64,000 nt of DNA from the NCBI GenBank assembly GCA_004022145.1, contig RCNU01000005.1. The stretch is one strand, 5' to 3'. Each line of letters starts with the position of its first letter. Position 1 is the first letter of the stretch. Shown piece by piece: positions 36,723-48,800 of this stretch. The translations under genes and the position numbers were made by a program. Origin of the DNA: Paecilomyces variotii. Taxonomy: Eukaryota. Below the pieces are notes generated by a model that saw nothing but the letters and a program-made list of their open reading frames with translations, was not told the origin of the DNA and made no database searches.

Positions 36723-37893
36723 CTTGTCTGGTATTGTTCCTCCACCACACGACAATCCTAACCGTAGGTTATATAGCCGGAATCGTTCGGAATAACTAAT
36801 CAAGGCAGGAAATCCGATCGTCTCTCGTTCGTTCGTCCTCCGCGAGTGGAAAAAGAAGAAAAAGGAAATCGGGACAAATTTCTGCGCAAGCAGAGAAAAT
36901 CTTCCACCACCACAATTCCTCCTCCTCAGTAAGCAAAGTGAGAATAACGAAATAATAAATTCCAGGCCCAGAAAAAGCCCAACTCGTGGGGGAAAAAAAA
37001 TAAAAAATAAAAAGAGCTCGAGATTTGCGCGGACAAGACAACGTTCTATTATTTCCGCCGCCGGAGCTTCTCGATAACTAATTTGACCGCCTAGATACAG
37101 CTTTTCTTTTACTATCGCGGAAAGTAACTCCGTTCCGGCCGGACTACTACTTACCTATTCCTTTATTGTATTGCAAAAAAATTATGAAGGTAAATTGAGT
37201 AAATTAAATAGAGTAGAATAATAAGTAAAAAAAAAAGCACTCTCGATTCCTAGAGTCTCACATAACACTTGTTATCTCGCATCTTTTACTCCTCTTGGAA
37301 TTCCAAAATCTTGCGCTTATTAAGGACCGCATCACGTGATCCATCCCCAACATCGCTATATCCGAGACATCTTCTTCACTCCACAGGTCTTCAAGTATAT
37401 CCTGTCTATATTGCGAACGGAGCAATAGTGAATCATGCGCAGACCAAGTCGATTTCACCCTGCGACAAATTCCTCGGGGGAAGAGACAAGGGAACAACGA
37501 AAAGCGCCAAGAGATTATCAAAACGACGCCGGGCAATAACTACCATATGGTCTTACTATTTAATATAGTACTGCTTTCATCAAATACAGCTATCTTGAGG
37601 AATGTTCTATATAACCCCTCTAAATTTACTCTTGTCTACAGCTGAAATGAACTCACGAGAGGATAATATTCTGCGCTAAACCACGTGATCGCGTGATAAT
37701 CATCGATGTACTAACTACTACATACTAACTACAGATATAGATGTACAGGTAGTATAGACTAGATAAAATACCAAACCTCCCGAATCTAAACCAAGTAGAT
37801 ACATAGTCTAGAAAGACAGAAACCGTCTTTCAAGGAAGTCTCTTCGCGCTAAAACCCCGCATAGATAGTTCTAAGTCTATCTACTCGTCAGGG

Positions 37894-37915
37894 AAAAAAA
37901 AAAAAAAAAAAAAAA
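37894..37915. repeat. Poly(A) tract, 22 nt
   Basis: Direct reading. Confidence 0.9.
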
Positions 37916-39370
37916 GGCGTGCGTAACCATCGTGGCTGTGCAAATATGCAAAAAGAAAAAATACAGTCCAGGGATGGCGAAAACCGGGGAGAAGGTTTCC
38001 TTGTTTTTTCCTACTCTAATTTTTTCCCCCTAGAGTAGTCCTTATTTTATTTTTTCTTACCAGAACTCTGGAACACTAAATTAGTTTTATCTCATTGTTA
38101 ACCAAACGGACGGCTAGATACATTCCTTCTAATTTTAACCTTACCTATAGCCAAGACCATTAGGGGACCGTTGTCGTCTGGTCGCGGGCTACTAAATCTT
38201 AGGGACATGACTGGATCGGACACCATCTCGGATACTGCCGCTGGTTCTGACACTACTACACCACACTTCGCCCCCTTGCTTAAGCTCGAGGCCATGGCTG
38301 GGCCGGTCCCATTCTTAAATTCTGTGGAACGGAGCGATCGGGCCCTAAGTGACGCGCTTGTGGAAAAATCAAGTTAATATCTCGCATATCGTACATGGTA
38401 TAAAGTGCTTAAGAGGAGGACCATATATCAAACCAGGCCTGAAGTGGCCACCAAACTCTGTGGGAACGAAGACCGTTGTTCTCAAAACATGTTATATAGG
38501 TATGGCAGTATTAAGTCAGTATGAGAGGAGACCATCCTAGGATACGAACATATTGTTGATTTCGGGAAGACGTGTCTTTCCGCGACATCTGAATCCTTGC
38601 ATTTCATGTGTACGCACGCAAATTTGGTAGAAAGACAACATCAATACGATGCGCCTCATCATGACATCCCCATATGTAGACCTGCATGATGACCTCCGGT
38701 CCCATTATGTGCATGGGAGGTTCCCCAAGTCAAGCCAGCAAGAGCCAAAGAAAAGCTAGAACGCGACACCTGAACTGACAAAGTGAAATCGCAAGGCCAC
38801 GTCTGGAGGAGAGAGAAAATAAGACGGGACTCGAAAGAGAAACCGCGTGCAGGGAATCCCAAGGTTAAACAGACATATTGAGCGATAAGATCAAGCGAAG
38901 ACAATGGACATAGCGCGAAGAGACATACACACACAGCGAATCATTGGAGTAGGACATTCGGGGAAAGGGAAAAGAAGGAAACACGGCAAGAAAAAAATGA
39001 CACGATGCTCAGATGATGCAATGATAAGATTGTGCCCGCCAAAGACCCCCCTCCAAAATCAGATTCACCAGCTACGTCCACAGGAAAACGTCATATAGTT
39101 TCCTTCCCTTTTTGTTTTTTGTTCCATGAGCTCTCTAAGTCCAAAACCAAAGCGAGAAGAGAGACACCCTGAATGATAAGAAAAGAAGATAGGACCTAGT
39201 AAGTGGAGAACTCTCGCTCTCGTTTGACTGGGCCAATCGAGGACTGAAGATAGTATCACGGTCGAAAGAGTTTCGGATTATAATTCGGAGTCACTGACGC
39301 GGGGAATGGTGGATCAGGAGAGGTTTGTAATTAAGGTATGCACACGGATATTAACACAGATGGATGCCAT

Positions 39371-41261
39371 CTATTGGTAGTTGCTGGATTGGTTGTCTGG
39401 GGCTAAAGGATCAGCCGTCAGCACCACAATGCGAAACGAGATCGTTCTGTATCCGAATCCATGCGATGCTAATCCGAGTCCCGAGGGAACGAGAGAAAAG
39501 TAAGGTGGTAAGATGGCAGCAGCTACTTACGTTGCTGGTACACCTGGTTGCTCTGTCCATAAGGGGAGTGAGGATAGTTGGCCGGGTAAGCCATCTGTCC
39601 GTTGCCCTGAGGGTAGACCATACCAGCGCCAGCGGCGCCGTACTGGCCAGGCACCTGACCATCGGCCGGTTGGTAGCCGATGGGAGGCAGCTGAGGGCGG
39701 ACACCACCAGGGTAGGACGGTGGCTGACCACCCTGAGATGGATCAGGAGCAGCACCGCTGTCCACCTGCTGCTGGGCCTGAGCGGCGGCGGCAGCACGCT
39801 CGCGCTCCTCAGCAGCCTTGCGCTGGTTCTCCTCTTCCTTCTTGCGGGCCTTCCATTCCTTGCGGATCTCTTTGAATTCTGTGTTGGAGAAAAAAAAGCG
39901 ATCCGAGTCAGCACTCACGTGGTCTGGGGTAAGATAAAATACAGAAACGGGAAATCTGATAGATGACGATTATAGCTGATCTCGCATGTGGTTAACCTTC
40001 GGCGCCGGCGTTGGCGCTACTGCGGTCCCGCGTGGGAGGAACGCCAGTGTTGTGTAACGCGACTAGTCCACGCACCAACTGAGACTAACCACATCGAGAC
40101 CAGCTACGGGCACCAAAACAACGCGACAGACGCGTCGAATGGTATACGATGAAGAAGAAGGAATTAAATCAGGCGCACAACTTACCTTCAGGAGTACGCT
40201 TAGATCCGTGAGACTGCATGGTGACGTGCGCATTGAGGTGGTTCAATGTTCCGTATGCCTTCTCACAGCCATTCCATCCGCACTTGTACATACGCTCAAT
40301 CTCCTCGTAACGGCGACGCGGTCGCTTGTGCTGCTGGGCACCGGGGATCGGCACGAAAGAGTAGACCTACAGTAAAAGAATCGGATCAGCTTCCATGACT
40401 TGGTGAACAAATGGTGGGCCCATTTGACTGCGCGTGTTCGAATCAAGAGCTCTCCGTGATAAAGGAGCATCCCATGATGAGAGAAGTCCCTTATCGACCG
40501 GGGTAGCTGCTTCGATTCTTTCTTTTTTTTTTGCCTTTTAACGAGCGACAGGCGCCGTTCCTTAACCTTTATATATGTGTTTTGAATCGTAACACACGTA
40601 CCTGGCCAGGACGCGGCCCCGCGGTCACAGCAGGGGAGGCGGAACCAACCGTTGTGGCAGGGGAACTATAGGGCCCCGGCAGACCATGCTGATGTTGTCC
40701 ATATCCATGCGACCAGTCTGGACGCGCATACATCTGAGGAGGCGGGGGGTGGCCCTGATACTGGGCCATGTCATGGCCCTGGGGCTGGTAGGGCGAGTAG
40801 GGAGGCGGATAGTTGGGGCTGGATGCCGCGATCGAGGGATCTATAGGAACGTCGGGGTCAGACTTGATGTTCGATTGAGAGTGATGGCCATTTTGTTGCC
40901 CATCGTGGAGGGTCATGGACGGACTTGTTGCTTGAGCCATACCTGCCGCGCCGCCGGCTTGGGTGTTAGGCGCGTGATGGTATTGAGGCTGACGGGCCAA
41001 GTAGTCCGGATAAGGCTGCGAGCGTCCTGCGGGAGGGTTCAGACCGTAGTCCGACTGCGGCGTGTTGGAGGAGGAAATGTTGGCGGATCGCACTTCAGGC
41101 TGGGGAGTGTACTGGGCGGCGGGACGGACGTCGGGTTGCGGCGTGTACTGAGCAGCAGCAGAAGCCTGGTCTGCAGCTGAGGGTTCAGAATGCGCGTCGG
41201 TCAAAAATGAATACGGTGAATGCAAACCTGACTGCGCGTAATCAGATGCAGGCCTGTCCAT
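39371..41261 (-). CDS. con7: C2H2 zinc-finger developmental transcription factor Con7 (Vta2-like)
   Basis: Exons 41261-40602, 40366-40186, 39878-39531 and about 39396-39371 give VYSFVPIPGAQQHKRPRRRYEEIERMYKCGWNGCEKAYGTLNHLNAHVTMQSHGSKRTPEEFKEIRKEWKARK, the Con7 signature. Confidence 0.92.
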
Positions 41262-44200
41262 ATAATGATCGGTCGCGATGGCGCGCGCGGTTTAGCGTTC
41301 CCAAGAATTCCTCCGAACAATTACCCTTCGAGAAACCTGTTGAGACGCGTGACGGACGATGAGCTTGGATTCCCCTCAGTAGAAAAGAAGCGGTATTCTC
41401 GAGATCAAGCCGACCAACGTTGGAATCGCCTGCGACTGCAACAGTTGACTCCAACGAGGTGTTCCTGCGGACGAATCGCGCTTGTGGCAACGCCTTTCTT
41501 TCCTCCTTGATTATTTTTTCTTTTTTTCTTTTGGGACGTACTAGGAGCAATGCAACTGACAGACTAGCAGTCGATGCTTTTTTTTTTTCTTTCCTTCTTC
41601 TTGATGTCCCTCTTTTTTTTCTTTTTCTTTTGGGTGTTTGTTGGTGGACTTAGGATTGAAGAGGATCAAACTGCACCTGAGCAAGAACGAAGATGAGAAA
41701 CCAAGCTGGTTGGCGAGCTGTATGTTTCCGAAGCGGAGCTCCGCGACACAACGAGATGGTGTTGTGTTCGAGGGGAAGTTCAACGGTGCTTAATCGTTTT
41801 AGTGAGCTTTTAGGGCGGAGGATGCCTTGCAGGTGGCGGTGGACAAGCACGAGGAACCAGCGGGAAGCGACTGTCTGAGCTTTTCGGGAAGTGGGAGGGG
41901 GGAACGAAGGGTTTAGAGGCCAGGACAGGGCAAGTAAGGTGCCTGGACAAACGTTCCCAGCTCGACGGTTGTAGTGCAGAGACGATGCTGCGATCGTGGC
42001 AACGCGGTTGGTTTTGACCCTAAAATCGAGAAAAGAAGCGCGACGGGTAGTAGCGCAGAAGGGGGGGAAAGAAGACCGTGGGCAGAGGCGGCGGCCTAAA
42101 AGTCTTCGGACGGGAGCCCCAAGAGACTTTCGGCAGGAGACTTCGTTTAGGGCACCTCGTGGGCTCCGTGGGTAGAGTGGAGCCTGCGTGGAGCTCCGTA
42201 TTTTTTCGCCTGTGGTTTGGCAAGGGAGGCGATCGCAAAAAGGGAAAAAGGGAAAAGAAGAGAAGAAGCGAGTAGAGAAAGAGGATACTCTTCTTCTTCC
42301 TCTTCTTTTTATTTTTCAATTAAAAGGGCGGAGGAATTCGATAATAATCCCTCTTCTTTTTTTTTTTTTCTCTTTTGCGTTGTTCAAACTGAGAGCGGAG
42401 CACTGTCTCTTTGCGGTGACGGTGTTCGAAGTTGCGCTGTATTTTTGCGTACCAATCTGGACCCACTCTGATGAAATATCAGGACTGTTTTGAAAGCTCT
42501 CTCTCTCTCTCTTTTTTTTCTTGCTTCCTTCCCCCTCTCTCTGGTGTTCGATTCGTTGTCTTTCTAATTGAATCTGTCCAGGTGATTGATGGCTCACGTA
42601 AAAACAGGGGAGAAACCAGCCCCGGAGCTTCTCCGTGACAGGGTGTGTGGCAACAGCTGAGACCCTTTTTTCCTGATTATTTTCTTTTCCTTCCTTCCTT
42701 CTCTGGCCAGTTTTCTTTTCTGTGTGCTCTTTCTCCCCCCCAGCAGGATTCAAGATGTGAAGGGGGGTTTTGGTAGTAGCAGGAGTAGGTGTCGTGACCA
42801 GGGGTGGTTTAGTCTCCCACAGGAGATTTAGCCAAGAACGCTCTTGTCGCGATAGAGAGATAGACTCTGATAGCCTGTCCGGGACGGATAGCGTGAACGT
42901 AGAGCGTAAAAAAGAGCGTAGCGCTGGAGAGAGAGGGAGGGGTGTGTTATGGGGGGTGGAGGAGAAAGCGTAGTCGGAAACTGGAGTCGCAGTGGACTAG
43001 CGCGGATGACCAGTGGTTCGAAAAAAGCACCAGGATCGTGGACAGCCTCGTTGCGAGCAGACACAGTCGCAGGGTCGGAAAAAGAGGGTGCTGCGTCGAC
43101 TGGAAAGGGACCCGTTGGACGGCTTGAACGGTCTGAGAAAGGCTTAGGGGAAGAGAAGCAAGAGGGGAGACCCTAGGCAGGAAGAGGTCGTAGCGCAGGT
43201 CGGGGGAAGCGGTGACGGCGCGTGCAGGGTGGTCTGGGTGGAGGCGACGAGGGGGGCGCAGTGGCAACACTGGTTGGTCGAGAGGGCAAGACAGGTCGAA
43301 ACTTTCGGAGGATGGGCGGGTGGGGCTGCTGCTGGATGGGGGATGGTTGGATGGCTGCTCGATGGGTTTGCGGCGGCGGTGATTGGGGAGGAGGCAAAGA
43401 CGCACATTCACCACTGGCTGGGGAGGCAAAAGGCGAGCAAGCGCAGCATCGCATCACCGCCAGCGCCCCACGCGCCAAAGTCCAGGGTACGACCGTCACC
43501 CGGCAAACCTCCAGCCGAGTCCAGGTACTGGGTACCATACGGTCACTAGCAACTGCGGCTGACTAGCGCCCACTTAGTGGCCTTCTGCGAGCTTCGAGAT
43601 AAGTATCGTGCTCCAAACGTCGCTAACCCTTTCTACGCACGCTAGTCTTACCGTACGGATGGTGTACCGGCGCGCAAGTCAGGAACGCGTGGGTGGGGAG
43701 GCAAGTAGAAACAACAACCAGCAAGAAGAAAAAAAAGGTAAAATCTACGGCGCAGAGCGTAAAAAAAAACCACAATGCAGAAAACATGGAACACCCTACA
43801 ATCAGAAGGGGAATCTTGCAAGTCAAAAAAAAAAAAAGATATCATTCCTATCTCGCAGTTCCTGCCACGCAGCTCTCGAAACGTGAAAAGAATGCAAAAG
43901 GGTGGTCGGGGAAAGTGAGCTCAAGCGATAACGATCCGACGTCAATGCCAGACCCCGAGCTGCCTCTGCATACTCCGGAGCCCATAGGCGAACTGTGTGG
44001 TGTCCGGAGCAAGTACACCGACTTATGGTACGCCAACCCCACGAGCAAATCTGAATTATGGAGCAGGAGAAAGAACACTTTCCCTACAGGGGGAGTTGCT
44101 GCATTCTAGTTATCTATTCTGTATTATTATGTATTTATCTCTTGTACTCAACTCCTTTTCTTTTTTTTTCTTCTGAGTACCACGGTTCACGATTGTCTCG

Positions 44201-44726
44201 GAACTTGACCCCTACGGCGTGGTATGTTCACGATATACTCCTGCTCTTGCCTGTCCACATCGGAGAATCCATATACTCTAGGATAAACCCCGTAATATCG
44301 CAATGAGCGCACTAGGCAGAAAGGAATGATAGCGCCGCAACCTAGCAGTAGTACGGAGCATGGGTGGTGTTCTCCGGTACACCGTTCCAGTGCAGGGGCG
44401 ATGTCAGATGTCAGGGATGAACGAACCTCCCCGGCCACAGGTAGGGGCAGAAAGGGGGCGGGTCTCCCGTCCTGTTGGTCGGGTCGATGGGCAGGCGTGC
44501 AGCGCCGTTGCTCGGATGCCAGACGGTCACTGGATCGTTGACCGACTCGGAATGATTCATTGGCCAGGATCCCCGACCGCTCCATGACGCCAGGGCCAAT
44601 CGGGCACAGCCAGCGGAGGCCGAGCATCCGGTCAAGAGAGCCCCGGAGACGCTCTGGTATCGGTATGTATGGGAAGGATCGGATGTATCCAGCTTACCGG
44701 CACATGGTAAAACTTATGCTCCGTCC

Positions 44727-44729
<3 letters not shown>

Positions 44730-44763
<34 letters not shown>
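44730..44763. repeat. (GA)n microsatellite
   Basis: 17 units. Confidence 0.95.
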
Positions 44764-44766
<3 letters not shown>

Positions 44767-45798
44767 ATTATTAATTAATAATAATCCTCTAGATATGGCC
44801 ACAAAAACGGTCATCCTTCAAGATCACGTCGATGTAGAGTGGTATAGATAACTAAATAGATCATTCGAATTACTCTAATAAGACCAGAGTGGATCTTGCT
44901 GCAACATGAGTACATACATATTATTACTCTACAACCGGTACGAGGTATACGGGGTTCGCAATTAAAAGTCTCTTGTCGACGCTCCATGGAACTCTGCTGC
45001 GGATATGGATGCAAACCGTTGTTGCCCAGTTTGTGTACCGGGTGAACAACAGTTCAGATGGATCCTGCTGTAATGTAAAAATACATGGAGGTTTAAAACT
45101 GGGAGGTCATGTGCACAGGCGTCGATCTAAATATCTCTGTCCCAGCATCAGTAGTAGTTCTGCTGGAGTAATTTTTTATTTTATTTTTTTTGTGGCATTC
45201 CGGCTGGCAAAGTAACCGAATAACAATCATCCCAGCCTCCACGTCGCATCCTTTCTGGCACCGAGTGTTGCTCTTCTGGGACTCCTGCAGTCCGTAACTG
45301 CCCGAGGGAACTGCAGGATGGTTCGCAGTCCACGGTAACGTGCTGTGAACAGTCCACACGGTGGGAGAAAAGGAAAAGGAAAAAAAGCATCAATCATTTG
45401 GCCCAACCCACATGCCGCCGATACCGACACCCTTCTTGCAAATCCCGCAGGCTCATAGGCAAACCCATCTTCCGGATCAAGCGCCATGCATTGCGGCCAC
45501 AACGCCATCTCTGGTGTCTGCTGTGCGCTGTAAGGCACAGCACCACCGCCAGCGGGCCATCAAGGTTGACGCGCCGTACGGGATGCATTAGGGAGATCTC
45601 TCCTGACTGCTGGAGTGTTCGCGAGAAACGACACACGCTTTCCGTCCAATCGCCGGCTCAGGGTCCACTTCTCTCCACCCACCCCCCAAAGACCACTCCT
45701 CAAATGCCGCGTTTCCTCGAAGGAGTAGCAGTGTACGACCGAGGGTATCTTTGCGTATGCCCAGCTTCAAGCGGTTGCCAGTAATCTCTCGAGGCTGG

Positions 45799-45825
45799 TA
45801 GATAGATAGATAGATAGATAGATAG
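45799..45825. repeat. (TAGA)n microsatellite
   Basis: More than 6 units. Confidence 0.9.
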
Positions 45826-48800
45826 GCTTCTTTTTTCCAACAATTATTACATCACAAAGAAGTTCATCTCCTTTCTTCCGGGTAGATCTATCTATGGAGT
45901 GATCGTTGACAAAACTGTCGAGTAAGCATTGGGGGGCCAAAGAACGCATAGTGTGTGATTCGCTGTTTTCTCCGTTTTTGGACGTACAGTATTATTTATT
46001 GCACACCGGCATCGTTGCATCCTTCCCTATGCGACTCTTGAGAGATCTGATTCGAGCAGACGGATCAATCTGTACGATCATTGTTGATCCATCGCTGATA
46101 GCGGTTTACTTCTGGGTAAATAAACCCCACAGGACCATTAGGCGTCAACAGACCATCTGTACCAGCTGTAGTGTATGATCTGCTCATGGCTTGTTGGGCA
46201 TACAAATAATATCGTTCTCAGAGCAAACGATTATTATGATTATTGCTTCACAACATCAGCATACCTACAAGCACTCTCTACTCGTGATAATCAATCTTGC
46301 GGAGCGATTTCTCTCTCGGTTCTGCTCCACAAGCCCCTAAGAATATATATCCTTAACTCCGAAGAGAGCCTCAGATCAAAATACAGCACAATAATACGTG
46401 ACCTGTTAAGACTTGGGAGTAACCAAGACACATTCCACAAGCAAAATATCCGAGGCTATGAATTTCTGCAGCGTTTCTTTGGAAGCATGTACCAGAATAC
46501 CGGTTCTCCGCAGCTACGGTAACATTTTTTTCCCGCTTCACCCGTGAAAATGGGGTAATCAATTGCGAGTGGCAGTGGCCCCCCAAGGAATAATAATACT
46601 GCACCATACATACAGCATGTGGCTTGCTCAACCTCAAGACAGTAAGGGTGAAACTGTTGGCGTAGATAGCGGTATTTTTTTTCCCTATTGTTATTCCGCA
46701 ATAAATTCGAGTTTATACTTGTCGATAAAAACAAAAAAAAATGACGGTCAGGAAAAGTATCCCTAATTCCTCAAAAGGGCAAGAATAGCCGCACTATTCT
46801 TTTGTTTGGCGGCGTTTGGCAGCACAACGGCAAAGAGAGTCCATAATAATAAGGACAATAACAAGGACTGAGCGGTGGGAGATAACGTTAACAACGGCCA
46901 TTGTGATCCGCGAGGCCAATTGGTCCTTTTGTTCGGATCCGAAGAACTAGATAAACGATCTAAATAACTAAACTGCCTGTCTTTTTTTAAAAACTTTTGG
47001 GTGCTACCGCGTCTAGCGTTTGGTATCCGCTCCGCAGTCAAGTAACAATAATAATCAATCATAGATAACTAGATACTATATGGGATCTACGGAGTACAAG
47101 TACGTAGACTTAGGGACATCATATCCTAAAGGTCCTCGGACCCTTCTACATGCCAGGGAAAGCGCGCATCGCTAATTACATGTTCCATGCATGTTCTACG
47201 GTCGCTCGACGGAGAGACCGTTGACTCTTGAGCATATGTTTGTTCGTATCCGTATAGGTATTTTTGCAGTATAACGTATGTATGTATGTACCAGCACTAC
47301 TACTAACTTACTCTGTATCTATCTACGGAGTACGGAGTAAGGAGGACTCCAAGACCCGCCAAGCGGACAGATTATTTGATCCTTACCGGCCGAAAACTGC
47401 ATGTGCTCTCTGAGAGCGTGCTCCCTTTTTTCGCGCGAGTTGTTTTGGAAAGTGGATTCCGAGTTTAGATTGTCGGAAGTTGGTGCGCTCCCGAGGGCCG
47501 ATCTGGTAAAAAAGCGATTATTCTGTCAATGTTAATAAAAATAACCTAACAGAATCTCCGTAGAGTTTACGTATCATATCAGATCATTATTATGTACGTA
47601 TTATTGATTGATGATGCCACAACTTCGCCGACCTACGTGTCAGGATAACAGAAGCGGGTAATAATAATAGATAAATGGTAGAGCAACAAGTCGCAATGGA
47701 GACTTTTTTTCAATGAGCCTCCAATAAGATGCAAGCTTACTTGTAATTATTGCCGCATATTCATGCCGTGTCCCCCGGTGAAGGTTCAAAAAGATCGGTG
47801 ATTCCTTCTCATATTCCCCGCGACGAGAAGCGGTGTGAGACTGTGAGTATTATTATTATTATCTTTCTCCCGAGCCAACGAACCGTGGTACGTACAGACA
47901 TGCGAATGTGGGCTGTACCAAATTTTGAAAGATAATAAATGCCCGAAAAAAATAGAAACAGAAAATTTTCGAGCAACAACTCAGTCCGGAGCAGGTAAAA
48001 TCCGATGTGCGTCCCAAGATACAAGTGGGGTTTCTGTAGCACGTGAGCAGGTAGACGCACCAACTGCAATTAGAAGGTAAATAGTTTACCGTCCGGAGTA
48101 AAAGATAGTTACCTACAATAAGATTATTAACGAATAATAATAATAAGAGACTTAAGAGGATACAAGCTTAGCCCAAATAGAGACCCTTGCGCTCAGGCTA
48201 ATCTCGGTTCCGTTCCGAGAAGCACGGAATACTCCGTGTCGCGCGACTGCAACCGGTCGTCAAGCCGCCTCAATTTCCGACAAACCAAGGATCTCCAGAA
48301 GTATGCATCGCAGGATACAGGGATGAATAATGTGACCTTCGCCAGAGCAAACACTCTGTAAATGCTTCTGGAATGGCAGTGGTAGGTGAGAAATGTTGGC
48401 CACGCCTGTTGTTTTCTTGAGGACCAAGTGGATGCGTATTTTTCTGGTACTTACTGTATCGGAAGAATGCGACACCACTCCCAAGAATTATAGCGTTAAT
48501 AATAATACTGAGACTGAAATATGCGGTCTCTTGAGCATCCTAATGTACTGAGTATATATTTGATAGTTAGTTATAGAGCTAGCCTTGTAAGCCCCTGTGT
48601 ATTAACTAGTTCACAGTTGTTCCTTTCGGGTCAGTGATATTTCGGCGGCGCACGATAAATATACCCAAGGTAACCTGTCATACCACTATCCGTGGCAGCT
48701 TCTCTAATCCGATGCTATAGAACCTACGAAACCCCTAGGATCTAGATTCTTCGTATGCTATAGAGAATAAGTATGGGATCAGCTTTCCCCCTAGATCTAG

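Noticed and set aside
39879-39930. CAG|ACCAC|GTGAGT as a 5-nt microexon or twin intron in con7 intron 2
   Set aside because: The downstream intron would be about 40 nt with the branch site directly after the donor, too tight to splice. No split donor is rebuilt.
42020-46800. Numerous 60-160 aa ORFs upstream of con7 as genes
   Set aside because: Mostly TTG/GTG starts, low-complexity translations of microsatellite or purine tracts, overlapping in all frames.
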